Below, in pieces: positions 37,209-49,800 of a DNA stretch of 64,000 nucleotides (position 1 is the first letter of the stretch; every line of letters starts with the position of its first letter). The stretch spans positions 1 to 64,000 of the forward strand of contig RBZT01000266.1 of the NCBI GenBank assembly GCA_003693705.1. The letters are read 5' to 3'. A model generated the notes under the pieces. That model saw only the letters and a list, made by a program, of their open reading frames with translations. It did no database searches and had not been told where the DNA came from. This DNA is from Polymyxa betae A26-41 (lineage: Eukaryota > Protista > Endomyxa: Phytomyxea). The position numbers were made by a program, and so were the translations under genes.

Positions 37209-39013
37209 TCACCAGGGATTTGTCCTTGGCACAATGGTGAACAGAGCTCCAAGCAGGGCGTCCATATTGCGCCGGGTCATGGCGCTGCCGGCAACGACGG
37301 GAACATCGCCTGCCAGATCCCGGAGGCGTTTCAGGTTACGCGAGCATGCAGCAGGTCGCCGGTCGATTTTGTTCGCGAAGATCAATGATGGCCGTCGCAG
37401 CATCTCGGCGTTGTACAGACCCAGCTCGTGACGCATTTGTCGATAGTCCTCAATGGGATCGCGCGATTCCGTCCCAGCGATATCCACGACGTACAGAATT
37501 GCTTTCGTGCGCTCGATATGACGAAGAAATCGATGTCCTGAACAGCACTTTAGAAGAGTAGTTGCCGACCACCAACGGGCCAGTATGCCGACCTAGGCCG
37601 CGACCTTCAGCAGCGCCAGCTATCAGCCCGGGAATGTCAGCGACTGTGCAACGCGAAGATTCGAGATTGTCGAATTCGACGACGCCGAGGTTGGGCTGCA
37701 GAGTTGTGAATGGATAATCGGCTGCTGGACCTTTAGCAAGATTGCGCTGAACGATGGCGATAATGTCAACCAACCGATTTTAGGTCTAGCAGAGCAGATG
37801 GCGCTCAGCAGCGTCGATTTTCCGGCATTCGGATACCCCACTAGACCTATCAGATCAATTAGCAACCCGAACCTAAACGAGAATGCAGAACGCTGTCGTA
37901 GCGCACTGTGTGATAAAAGAGCATCCACCAAAAGTAAAAATAAAAAACTGAAAAAAGTCATGTAAATATCGTTCATAAGACTTAAGAAACGGATATCTGC
38001 GAAAGGAAATCTGAAACGAACCGATATCAGCTAAGATCTTGAGCTCAATCTCGAGCCTGACTCGGGCCCCTTTTGCACCTAATTCTGGGATTTGTTGGAC
38101 TCCCTTCATATACCGCATGTTCGACGTACGATTGCCCATGCCGCCTCGGCCTCCCTGAAAACGTTCTCAGCAGACGGCGTCTGCCTGACCAACAGGAAAC
38201 CTTTGCGACGACGATTTCGTCGCCGTCGTTGATGAGATCCATTTCGCTGTGGCGCTTGGCGTTTTCGTCGCTGCGTGGGTCCCCTTGGGCATCATGGCGA
38301 TCGTCGTTATGTTCGTCAAAGATGTCCAGCCAATCATGATTATCTTCTTTATCGTCAAGGAAGCGGATGACGGTTCCTCGCGGCACTCGAAGCACCGTAT
38401 TTTGCCCTTGTTGCCCGTGAGACAGATTCGGACCGCCATTCATCCCATCTGCCGAATCACGTTAATCGCAGCATGAATTGGATCAATAGGGAGACCCTAC
38501 TCTGTCCTTGGATCGTAGTTGAAGGGATAGATAGACCAAGCAGCGACGACGATGCCCTGATAACAACGTCGCCACCGTTGCCGCCATTGCCGCCATTAGC
38601 ACGACCTCTTTTACCTGAATGAGTTCGTTAATCACATCAGAGTAAAAATAGTATCAGAATTCAGATTCAAAGAGGAAACAGACCAAAATTGTTGACCATT
38701 TGTTAGCCATTCAAAATCTCAGCTGATTTTCAGCTAGACGAACTACAAAATCCAACGAAAAGTAAAGCGACTTAAGATCCAAAGAGCAGTAAATTTTGCA
38801 GTAAGATAAAGTTCGAAGCCGACCATTTCGAAGGTGCTCGAAGCTGGTGCATCCCTGGCCACCGGAGCCACCCTTCGCCACGATTCGAGCAAAGTCCACA
38901 AAACGATAGTTGGCAGCTGCCTTTCCTGATGTCCATCGTCGACCGACTCGATGACTGAAAAGCCCGCCGATCCTGACCGATGCTTGCTTGGCTGAAGACC
39001 ATGTTGGCTGCAT
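37209..39013 (-). CDS. Obg/CgtA GTPase (likely organellar, MTG2-like), multi-exon
   Basis: [71 protein letters not shown] and FANKID; start codon uncertain. Confidence 0.88.
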
Positions 39014-39079
39014 TGGGAGATGGAAATGAGCAGCGTCAGCAACGGGGTTTCTCTCATAGTCTCCCATAACTTGATACGA

Positions 39080-39101
39080 CCCTAAAACCCTAACCCTAGC
39101 T
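39080..39101. repeat. Telomere-type tract CCCTAAAACCCTAACCCTAGCT upstream of the Obg gene
   Basis: Read directly. Confidence 0.88.
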
Positions 39102-39487
39102 TCTCCATGTGTTTTTACAGGCTCTCTCGGCATTGTCGTGAGCGATCGGACGCGAACTATCACCAACATGGACGCATGATGGCCTCGGATCGTTTCGCGG
39201 CACCGATCGCTGCCCTTTTAGATGCCAAATCAAGAATCCAGTCGCAAACACGTTGTTCGGTGAAGTCCCCAGATCGAGTGATTCGGGATTATATTCGTTG
39301 GCGAGAACAGCCTTCCCTGCTGATTAGCGATTATCTCTACTATCCATATCAATGTAATTCTCTATACTGTCCATATCAATATGATTTGATATGACAATAT
39401 CATATTACGGATATTTTGTCATCTTCCTTATTTGATTTTCTGGCTTCGAAGGCGTCCCTTTCATCGTCTGTCTGACGATCCGGCCGA

Positions 39488-40268
39488 ATGGTGGGTTCGG
39501 ACGCCAAGATCCGCCTCTGCAGTCTGCTGACTGTCGCGTGTATAGTTGCCTCTGTCGTTGCTGCGCGCTGCCGAGGGCAGTCCGATGGTACCGTTGGCGT
39601 TGTCCAGGTGCTAATTATCGTTTCTGATGTCGGTGTGGGTAGTTGGTGGAATTGAAGAACGGCGAGACGTATAATGGACGATTGGTTAATATTGATAGCT
39701 GGATGAACCTGAATCTGAAGGACATTGTTCGAACTAGTCGAGTATGTAGGTTCAGTTGATTAAGCTATCCGTGTTTTCTCTGTTTCTGTTTCACATCATT
39801 GCAAATGGAATCAATTAATTTCAATTGTTGAAAGTCGGTTGTAATTTAGCTGGTAGTGTTATAAGCCACGATAGGTCATTCGATGTGCTTTTGATCTTGC
39901 CCGTTCTCGAATTGTCATTTATTCTCACATTCGATTATCATATTTTCGGCTTTTATTGCTTTGGGAATTCCTATCTCAATATGACCTTTTGAGATTAAAA
40001 TTTTGGTTCTTGTCAATGATTAACAAACGCATTTCAGGATTGTGATCGTTTTTGGAGAATGCCTTCGGTCTACATTCGCGGCAACAACATCAAGTACCTT
40101 CGCATTCCTGAATCGACCGTCGACAAGGTCATGGAGACGGAGCGCGAGGTTCGGGCCATGCGCGGCGGCCGTGGTGGCGCATCAGATCGCGGCCGAGGGC
40201 GCGGTGGCCGTGGTGGTGGTGGACGTGGCCGTGGTCGCGGTGGCCGTGGCAGCTCTCGAAAGCCCTAG
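39488..40268 (+). CDS. LSM4: U6 snRNA-associated Sm-like protein LSm4, 4 exons
   Basis: [37 protein letters not shown]..[24 protein letters not shown] with an RGG tail. Confidence 0.93.
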
Positions 40269-40390
40269 ATGAATACACACGGTCATGACACACGGTCATG
40301 CTGGAATCCAGAACGGGTCCGCGAATCCAGTAGGAGGCATGTGACGTCAGTGATGACGACTGCCCGTCATGCTGGCCGACGCCAGTGCCG

Positions 40391-42555
40391 ATGTCGTCGT
40401 TACATGGGTCGTCCAGCCACTTGATCGATGTGCGCAAGTCGTCCAGCGATCTGGTCGAAATCTGGACGATGTCGGCCGACGGTCGTCGCGCCAGCGCCGA
40501 CTCCGACGATGTCGCGACGCGCATCGACCCGGCCCAGGTCCCGGACTCGGAACGGTGGTCGCTGATGCCGGGCTCACACGTCCGTCGCGTTTGGGATTCG
40601 ATCGTGATGGTCGCCGTACTCTATTCCATCACTGTCGTACCGTTTCAATTCGGTCTGCGACAGATTCCGTCGTTGCTGCTGTGCTGAGCGTTTGTAGCGT
40701 TTTTACCGCCTTATCCGATCCCAATCGATAACTTCATCGCCGACACCATCTTCATCCTCGATGTCCTGGTCCAGTCGGTCGTCTACCATTCGAATTCGTT
40801 CGGCGACGCCGTCGTGCCTCTCTGGCGTTCGTTCCTATACTACTTGAAGGGTTGGTTCGCTATCGATCTGGTCTCGTCCATCCCATACTCTTATATCGCG
40901 CTCACCACGAACATGACCGCCTCGAACGGTGGGCGCCACTGTCGCCTGCCGCTCTCTGCTTGCTGAGCTGCCATTGCGCAGGGGCGATCTTCGTCCCCAT
41001 CAACATCCTTCGCCTGACGCGCTTGTTCAAGTTCCTGAAAGCCATCCGCCTGTCCAAGAAGTACACCTCGGCTGAGTTTAACACGCGCATCCATCCGGGT
41101 GTTATGCGGCTCACCCGACTGCTTTTAACGGTGTTCGTGGTCGGTCATATGTCGGCCTGTCTTTGGTACTTTATAGGGCGCGTCTATGATGATGACCCGC
41201 ACAGCTGGCTGAATCGCAACTCGTCCGATTTCAATATCCCGAATGCCGACGCCTTCGACCGTTACATCGTCTGCCTGTACTTCTCGTTCACGACCCTGGC
41301 AACCGTCGGATACGGTTAGGGTTTGGAGTTTTCCGGATCGTTTTTCAATGAGGCCGCTGAACGCTGTCCTGTGCAGGCGACATCACGCCGCAGACACGAC
41401 CCGAACTTGTCTTCACCATTATGCTGCTCATCATTGGCGTGGTTGTGTTTTCATGTTAGGGTTTTAGGGTTTATGCTGTTTCCTTCTGACTTGGAACAGA
41501 CGCCATGGCGAACGTCACCGCGTTGATGTACGAAATCGATCGTGATTCGCGCGCCTTCCGCAACCGCATGGGCGCGCTTCTATCATTCTGTCGGACGGCG
41601 AACGTCAGCATGGACCTGCAGCAGCTGATTCTGAAGCAGATGTCTCGGGAATGGCGTCGGGCACCTCTCTCTGAGGATTGGGAGACGATCCGCAACGATC
41701 TACCGAGCGACGTCCGCTCCCTGCTCATGTGGAACATCCATTCGGCGACGTTCCGCGCGTCGCGAACCTTCTCGCAGATCGAGGCCCAGTACGGCGCCGT
41801 CCATCGTAAGCTGATCGGCAGCGTGCGGCCCCTGCGCGCCGTCCGCCGCCAGATGATCGCCAAGGAGGGCGATATCTGCAAAGGCCTCTATCTGATCTGC
41901 AATGGGACCCTCGAACAGATCTGTAACGGACAATCCATCGCCATGTACTCACAAGGTGTCAACTGTCGTCATGGTTGTCGTCATCGCTGAAACATCGTCT
42001 CAGGATATTGTTTCGGCGAGATTCCGATGTTTCTCTCCAGAAACTCATCCTGGCTTTGCTCATACAGGTTCGGAAAAAAAAATTCGAACTCTTCCATTTT
42101 ATTTAAGAAAATTCAGGTGCCGGACGGCGTCGCTGTTCCTGTTCATTTCGCAAGCCGATCTGTTCGCAGCGTTGGGTGACTCCGACGGGTGCCAGGAACT
42201 GTTCGTCCAGCGAGCCCGATCGAAGCTCTGCAATCTGCAGGAGGCGTCCGTGAACGTGATGCAACAGAAACCGCCCCTGGTCTGATCTGCGATTCAGGTG
42301 CGGGCTAGCGAAGGCGTCCGCCACGCTCGATGATTACTCGCGGCGGTCGAATCTATCACCAGAAGGCAATCTGGACACGATCCTGGCCAATATTCGGTCA
42401 CAACTTGATAAGGTCGTTGTTCGGAGGTTTCGTTCGCGCGTTTGGTATTGAGGGCGTTCTGATAGGTTCAGGAAGTGATGACGTCGTCGCCATCCGCGAG
42501 ACCAATCCGTCGCGCGTCTTCGGAGCATCTGTTAAGACGGCAGCTATCACTTTGA
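40391..42555 (+). CDS. Cyclic-nucleotide-binding-domain K+ channel (KCNH/AKT/HCN-like), multi-exon
   Basis: S1 WDSIVMVAVLY, GWFAIDLVSSIP, S4 LRLTRLFKFLK, pore TTLATVGYG-DITP, C-linker and CNBD (KEGD..GLYLI..G, GYCFGEIP); 3' end uncertain. Confidence 0.87.
41315..41326 (+). repeat. Telomere-type unit GTTAGGGTTTGG forming the 5' splice site of intron 41315-41376
   Basis: The intron splits the selectivity filter GYG-D (tac g|gc gac). Confidence 0.75.
41455..41472 (+). repeat. Telomere-type tract GTTAGGGTTTTAGGGTTT forming the 5' splice site of 45-nt intron 41455-41499
   Basis: Removal joins GVVVFS-Y-AMANVT (tca t|ac gcc). Confidence 0.88.
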
Positions 42556-42779
42556 TTGCTGCTGATAGATCGAATAGGCAGCTCGTTCTGCACGATCCTG
42601 CTGTTCATAGTTATTGTTTAAGTAGATATAATAGAAGTCGAAATGCAGCCATTCCCTCCAACTAATGTTAATTAGCAATTTGCCTGTCAATGGCTTGTCT
42701 GATGGCTTTGACAGATAACGGGCCCGGAATGGGGAAATAATGTTGAACTTTTTCCCTTTGGCCCATTCCTAAACCTTCT

Positions 42780-44138
42780 ATGCGCCTGCGGTTCTTATTT
42801 TTATTCATCACCTTTATCGGCGGTCTATTATCCGATGCTGCGTTGGGCAATCCTGAGATCGAGCACGTCTTACAGTCAAAGGATGCGAAATTTACGCTGC
42901 GTCCTGCCCGACCGAGATCGAACATGCGCAAGGTAAAGCGCCAGGCCGCCTTTCAGCAGCTGTTCGCCGAAGTGGACGTTAAACCATCGACGCTGACGTC
43001 TCCCGTGCCTGATGCGGTCGAATCTTTCGACGATGACCCTTTGTCAAAGCCATGCGTTCATCCCGAGATTGTTCCGACGCCGAAACCGTCTCTGAAACCC
43101 GACGAAACGATTCCAGCCGATTCTGACATCGGTTCCAATGAAGAACGTTTGATCTGCGATAGTATCGTCTCGCCGGTGGCAGATGACGACCGGCTGTCCA
43201 CGGTATCGACGATAACAGGGCCGGATCTGGACCCCGTCAACGATTGCCTTCCGGTGACGTCAAGTTCAGATGAAGACGACTCCTCGGTAGCATCGGATTC
43301 CAAGAACGATTCCGATCAGCTCTGCGACGTTGACGCTTGGCGTCGACAAGAACGGAAAGACCATGTTCGAGGTCGTCCTGTCCTTCTACGTCTGGCGAGC
43401 CCTGACGATCTCGACGACCATTCGCTATGCAATCTTATCGGTTCGCCTGTCACAGATGACGACGTCGACGACCGGCTGTCTACAATCTCGACGATAACAG
43501 AAACGGATCTGGACCCCGTCGACGATTGTCTTCTGGTGATAACAAGTCCAAGAAACGACGACGTTTCAATTGCATCGAATGCCAATGGCGATTCCGATAA
43601 ACAAGGCGATGCCAGGCGTCGACAAGACCGGAAAGACAATGTTCGAGGTCGTCGTGTCGTTCAACATATGGCGACCCCGGACGATCTCGACGATGCCTGC
43701 ACTTCGGATGAGGCAGTCGTCATCGAGTCGCGCAGCCCTGTAACGCCACCTTCGAATGATGCCCAACTGTCTACAGAACCTCCAACGCCAAAGGCTCCGC
43801 CGTCGCCTCCACCATCGGTGAAATCGGAGCCGCTCTCGCCGTCGCCAACACCATCGGATGTCCGGCCGACGACCGCACCAGATGGCGTCCCAGATCCCCA
43901 AAAGAAACGCGACAAGATCGGCGCCGTCCTCGATAAGTTCAAACATCGGCGTGCGGGCGACGATAGCAACCCGAGTCGTGGCCTGACGCCTCTGATCATC
44001 GTCGGCATCGTGGCCGGGGTCGTACTGGTCCTGTTGGCATGCATGCTCGTCAACCGATGCCGACAATGTTTCCGGCTACAACGATCCGCCAGCAGGGTCC
44101 GAGACGCTCGCAGGCGCTCTGTAAACGTAGCGTTTTGA
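42780..44138 (+). CDS. Predicted type-I surface protein: signal peptide, two ~90-aa Asp/Ser-rich repeats, Pro-rich stalk, TM helix, basic tail
   Basis: MRLRFLFLFITFIGGLLSDAALG; duplicated DDRLST(V/I)STIT..DLDPV.DC...PDDLDD; LIIVGIVAGVVLVLLACMLV. Confidence 0.78.
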   Translation: MRLRFLFLFITFIGGLLSDAALGNPEIEHVLQSKDAKFTLRPARPRSNMRKVKRQAAFQQLFAEVDVKPSTLTSPVPDAVESFDDDPLSKPCVHPEIVPTPKPSLKPDETIPADSDIGSNEERLICDSIVSPVADDDRLSTVSTITGPDLDPVNDCLPVTSSSDEDDSSVASDSKNDSDQLCDVDAWRRQERKDHVRGRPVLLRLASPDDLDDHSLCNLIGSPVTDDDVDDRLSTISTITETDLDPVDDCLLVITSPRNDDVSIASNANGDSDKQGDARRRQDRKDNVRGRRVVQHMATPDDLDDACTSDEAVVIESRSPVTPPSNDAQLSTEPPTPKAPPSPPPSVKSEPLSPSPTPSDVRPTTAPDGVPDPQKKRDKIGAVLDKFKHRRAGDDSNPSRGLTPLIIVGIVAGVVLVLLACMLVNRCRQCFRLQRSASRVRDARRRSVNVAF

Positions 44139-44147
44139 TAAAGTACA

Positions 44148-44162
44148 TAGGGTTTAGGGTTT
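44148..44162. repeat. Telomere-type tract TAGGGTTTAGGGTTT in the 97-nt spacer between tandem genes
   Basis: Between stop 44138 and ATG 44236. Confidence 0.85.
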
Positions 44163-44235
44163 GTTTCCAAGTTCACTGAAATCGGGAGAGCGTCACGGGT
44201 CGGACTCGGACAATTCGTCGTTGTTGTCGTCTGGG

Positions 44236-46469
44236 ATGATGGCGCCGCCGGTCCCCGATCCTATCCATCTGCGGTCGCTGGGCGGGGACGGGACCGCCGA
44301 GATCGAGGCCTTGCTGGGCGACAAGATCCTCGATCTGCTTCTGTACTGGCGTCTGACACGTCGGTTCGCGATCAAGAGCGAGGGTCATCTGACCCAGCTA
44401 CGAAGTGTCTATGTTAGTAATCAGACCATGGCCATGATCGGGGAACGTTTTGTCGTCCCAAAACATATGAATAGGTTTGCTTGGGAATCGGCTTCCATTC
44501 ACGAAAAGGTCTATAGGCTTCTAATATTCCTTGTCGAGTTCTGTTTTCATTTGAAATGTTTGGCATTGCTTAGATACGATCATTTGGCAATTTGAGATAT
44601 CTTCTCGAGATGTTTCTCGGTTGTGTTTCGTTCGCAGAATCTTTAAGAATCCTCTCTATGAATCTTACCATGACAATAGGGTACTGCTGTGGAAGCGATT
44701 GTCGGCCGATCCTTCCTCCAGCACAACGGCGACATCCAGGATTTCAATCTCCTGTCGATATCGCCGTCCACTGTCAATGTCGCATACGAGATCCTGGACG
44801 CCATCGAGACCTGCGTGAAGACGAGCGCCGAACACATCGTGTCGGGTCTGCCGGCCGATACTGCTTCGAACGCCGATGAGGAGATGCTGGGCCATAAGAA
44901 CCCGGCCCAGGCCTTGTTTGAATGGTTGCAGGGCAAGCTGAGAATCACGAATCCCGCCGACACCGTCACCGTCTATCAGTCGTCGGGCATCGAGTCGGGT
45001 ATTCAGGTCGAGGCGAAATTCGTGGCCGTATTCCAGCTGCCGCGCAGCTTACGAGTCGGTGATCTGGGCGCCCCGACCAATGTGGAGATTCGTGGCGATC
45101 CCTGCCCTAATAAGAAGCTGGCCAGGGATAACGTCGCCCGTTATGTCCTGCGCCACTTTAAAATCGACTCGACGCTGTCGTTCGCGGCCGCGATGCGGAA
45201 ACCGCCACCGCCTTCGCAACGACCGCCGCCCTCCTATCTGATGCCAAAATTCGATCCGAAAAAGCAGCCGCTGCCGCACGAAAAGCCGGCGTCGTCGCGT
45301 GTCTATGAATGGCTGCAGAAGAAAGGCGTCGGCTATCCCGCCAAGGCGATCGACGTCATCGACGTCCTTGGCGAGGACGATGTGACGCGCGATGGTTCGT
45401 TCCAGGGCGTCTTCACCATGCCCAACACCGACCCGCCCGAGATCGTTCGCGGCGGCAAGTTCGCCAACAAACGCGATGCGAAGGAGGACGTGGCCGCCGC
45501 TGTCCTGGCCCTGTACGACGTGTCGTCTACAACCTCGCGTAAGCGTCGCCGGTGTTCACAGCCCCCGCTTTGCCATTCTAACTTTCCTCAAGCTGCAGAC
45601 GACGCCGTCTCCATCAGCGGCAGCCACCAATCGGTTATCCCACCGCCATCCACCTGCGTCAGCACGACCATCACCGCCCCGGCCACCAGCAAACTCGTCC
45701 AGCCCGGCGTCGCTGTTCGTCGTATCGAGACCGTCTCGGTGACATCGCAGACGCTGGCGGTAGATTCGGATCTGGCCGACATCTGGAATAAGATTCAGTC
45801 CGGGTATGGGCGGACAGCGTCGTCGAATTCTCGTGAATCTATCATTTGTGTGGATCCCGTATCTGGGGACGACTCGTTGGCTTTCGTTAATAAGTATCTG
45901 AGCCAATATTGTCGGGAGACGCGCCTCACTCAGCAAGATCTGCAGCGCATACTCACGCCTGATCTGATCGCTGACGATGTTTCGCTGCCATCGATCGCAG
46001 CAGGGTTGCTGAACTTTGAGCCGATGACGCCCTGGGATAGCTCGTCGCTACGCGAATGGTTCCAGATGTCGTGGGCCAAAAAACCCGTCAACGCTCTCTG
46101 CTTGCTGAAGGCACGCATCGGCGCTCAGTTCATGTTCAAGTTCTGGAAGTGTCGCCTGAACGGGGGTGTCCAAACCGTCCAAGACAGTCTCGTTCTGGTG
46201 GCGTTCTGGGATGGCGATTTCGGCCCATTCTTCGGTGTCGGGGTTGGCGTGAATCCGGGCCTGGCCGCTAAAGCAGCGTAACGCCCATCTATCTCTGTGT
46301 CCTTTCGGCTGTCTCTAAGTTCTGTGTGTATAGTCTGGCGCAGCTATGGCCTATGGTTAAGCCCCATGTCGATGCCTTGATTTCAGCCGCCGAGGAGAAG
46401 TATGCCGAGGCCGAGCAGCGAGCCATTGAAGCCACCCAGCTGGCGATTGCCGCTGCCCAAAGCGGCTAG
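44236..46469 (+). CDS. Single RNase III (Mini-III-like) domain plus 2-3 dsRNA-binding domains, 3 exons
   Basis: EALLGDKILDL, GHLTQLRSVYVSNQTMA and HEK-GTAVEAIVG (intron 44509-44679); dsRBD-like NPAQALFEWLQ...NKKLARDNVA and SRVYEWLQK...NKRDAKEDVAAAVL. Confidence 0.72.
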
Positions 46470-46847
46470 CTATTATTATTGTTGTTGTTTTTCTTTAATA
46501 TATTTATTGCTAGAACCGATTCGTCCAAAATCATAACCGTAATTACACCAGGGAACTGCTAGGGGAAAGTGTATTGCTCTTAGGCGCCGGCAGCTCGATT
46601 CAGCTTCGGTTCTGGTGGCTTCAATCAGCACAATGTGTTGAAGGTTGCGCTCGGGTTCACTATCGAGTCTTGAAGCATGTAACGTTACAAGTTCGGCTTG
46701 TATGGGCGGGACCTCCAATACCTGTCAGCGTGATCAGGGTCTGCCTGAATCTCATTTCCTTTCACGATATTCCCTGCTGCTCTTACCGGCAGATCGTCGC
46801 TGTCATTATCGTAGTTGCCGCTGTTGGATGGAGGTTAGCAGGCGATA

Positions 46848-49800
46848 ATGATGGAATCTGAACTGATCGCCAAGCTGCAACGGGAGTTGCAGGGTTGGTA
46901 TTTGACTGGTCGCAAGGCATCTTGACTGCTTTGCTTATCTGCGATCATAGAATTGGAGGAAAAATCAAAACATGATCAAAGGCGTTTGGTAAAGCGACTG
47001 AAAGAACTAAACGATACCAAGCGGCAGAAAATCATTGAGGATTACGAATCACGTTTATCGAAACAGACTCATGAATATGAGGATAATGTGTGATTGTTCG
47101 TATTATTGCTGTCTAAATTAGGACTTACAGATATTCAGATTCAATCCAAACAGACCGAACTGGATCGGTCATCCGAAAGATTATCTATAATGTCAAATAT
47201 GGTCGATAAACTGAAACAGGTGCTTGGAAGTCGACAGTTGTCGGCAAAGTCTTAGTGCTATTATTAGGCTCGTATCGATTTATTAGAAAGAATCGAGCGA
47301 AAAGAATCAGAATGTTTGACGAAAGAGGAATCCTTATCGTCGGAAATTCAGGAACTGAAGTCTGAACTTGCTCGATTGAAGAAGTCGAATGCTGAAGATA
47401 ACCGAGCTTTGCAAGAGGTTGTTGGAGACGGATGTTTCCATCGGTAATGTCGTTTAACCGTTATTCAGATCTCTTCTGGATATATGCTTGAGATCAGCCA
47501 GCTTCAAGAACAACTTGCTGCAGCTCAGGCTACCCTAAAGGTCATTCAAGAAGAGGGAAGTCGCTCAGTTAGCACGGAAGTCGGTTCAGGTTGATTCTCT
47601 TCCGTCGTATCGGATTTTGAATTGATTTCAGAGTAACAGGTGTCAACGAAACTGGATCAGAAGATCTTCTGCGTATGAACGCTGTATTAAATGAGAAAGT
47701 TTCCAAGCTTGAATCAGCGTACGATGCTTGCTCACAGGAGTGTGCATTGTTGAAAACTGAACTTGAACGAGAACGGTCTCAAGTGGCTTCTATACAGATG
47801 GATTTGAATTCTTCCATCAGCGAATCTGAGAATCTTCAAAAGACCATATTGGATATGAATAACGAACTCGCATCAATTCGCGAGTGTGGATTAGAGTTGG
47901 ATCATATCAATACGTTGAATGAGCAAGTTGCTTCCTATCAACAAAAGATCTCTGATTTGCAAGCTCAGCTCAGTATACGCGGTGATAAGAACAAGAAACT
48001 ATGTGATTAGTACTGATTTTGTTTTCAGAGCGTGTTCCGCCCATTCTCCCCGATGCTGAGGTAGCTTTTTAAGGTTCTCGCTTTATTCTGAAAGTATTTA
48101 ACTTATTCTCAGGATGATGGAACCAACGTTCGCGAGCCTACCAGCGATGCTCAGAACCATTCTGTTTGCGATAAATGTGATTCGCTTTCTGCTCAGTTAT
48201 CAGAGCTTGTGGCCTCATCGCAACAGCAATCATTGCAGTCGGCTGACGGTTGCAGTTTGATCACTGCCGGTCATTCCATCGTGTCTTTGAAGCAGCTACG
48301 CGACATTCATCAGACAGCATCAGATCAATTGGAAGATATCAGGCAGTTCCAGAACGTTTTGCAGATCCATGACAATAGGATCATCTGTGATGAATTCCAA
48401 AACAGAGTGGGTTTATGATAACAGTGATGATGATGGGACAGCGCTTTCTGATCAGTGATGTTTAGTATGACGAGCTGTCGCAACGGGAATCGGCTTGGCA
48501 TGAAATGTGCAGCTATCAGCAAGATATCATCTCCAATCTGATCAGTTCACAATCAAGCCGAACTGATACGTCTGCTGAGCAGACCATTTTGCGATTGAAA
48601 CAGATTATCAGGGAGCAGGTTGAGCAACACAAAGCTCGCATTAGCAATGCAGACCAAAAGGTTTTTGATTCTCATATTTTGTTCAAAACTGACTTATTCG
48701 CAGGTATCATCGCTCGAGAATCTTCTCGCCGCTGAAAAGAAGAAAGTCCAGCAACTCGTAGCAGCATTGAAGAAAATGAAAGATTCTGCAAGTGCCGTAG
48801 CTAATTCGGTATCTCCGATTGATATCGACTTCGAACCTTTCATATTCAACTGCAGTGTACAGCAAACGCTGAAGTCGGATCTCGAGGCGGCTTTGTCCAG
48901 AGCGGAATCCGCCGAGAAACAGGTATCTGATTGTTTTTCCAACATAAGATTGCTGATATTACGATCACAGGTCGCCCATTTGCAGAAAGCAATTGAAGTA
49001 GTTGAGCTGGCCCAGAAGGAATCTGTCAAAGAACAACGGTCGACTGCCGCGAAAATTGAGCAGCTCTCGTCTGCACTTCAGGCCGAACAGGTGAGACGTT
49101 TGAACATGGTTGATCTTTATTTTCATGACGTGCCAAAAAGGAGCATGCCAAAGCTTTGGAAGGCGAGAAACAGCAAATTTCAGCATTGTTAATTCGCGCC
49201 AATAATGCCGTTGCCGAGCTGAAGGACGCAAAGCAGGCTTCATCAGCTGGGCATTCACGTTTGAACTCGATGATCGCTTCTCATTGGCTGTTGGACTTCT
49301 CAGCTTTCGAAGAAGATTCCCCTGAACTTGAAGTGTTTTAAGTTTATTTAAATGCTCATTGGTCTAAGTTCTCGTGCAGGTAACCCAGCGATGTCGGGTA
49401 TCGGATGTCTGGTGGCTGTTCATTCATGCTAAACTGAAATCTGGTAACATTACCATTATACTATAAGAATCGTATTCAAAGTCAACTAGGTGACGAAACG
49501 GTTTCCCGTTTTTTCTGGACGACGATTGAATCGTTCGATAAGTATTCGGGACGGAAAATCAACACGGGCGTTTTATCTGACGTTGAACTGGTCGAGAATC
49601 GCAACGCAGTCGTACTGTCCTCAGGTGTTGCGCTTCCTGAATCGATCGAATCAATGTCGGAGGCGATTCTCAAAGCAAAATTCGATAAAAAATGGAACAG
49701 CGCTGCAAAGAAGTTTGAGAAGAAAATCACCGAATTGGTCACCAGCTTCTGAGCTACTGTTTACTCTTTATGAACATGCATTTACAGAATCAGAAACTTC

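Noticed and set aside
40275-40300. Exact 13-nt tandem duplication ACACACGGTCATG x2 after the LSM4 stop
   Set aside because: Simple slippage duplication with no further structure; not CRISPR-like.
40653-40724. Apparent in-frame TGA (40685) or non-canonical acceptor in the K+ channel gene
   Set aside because: Resolved by a canonical 45-nt GT-AG intron 40653-40697 giving PFQFAFLPPYPIPIDNF.
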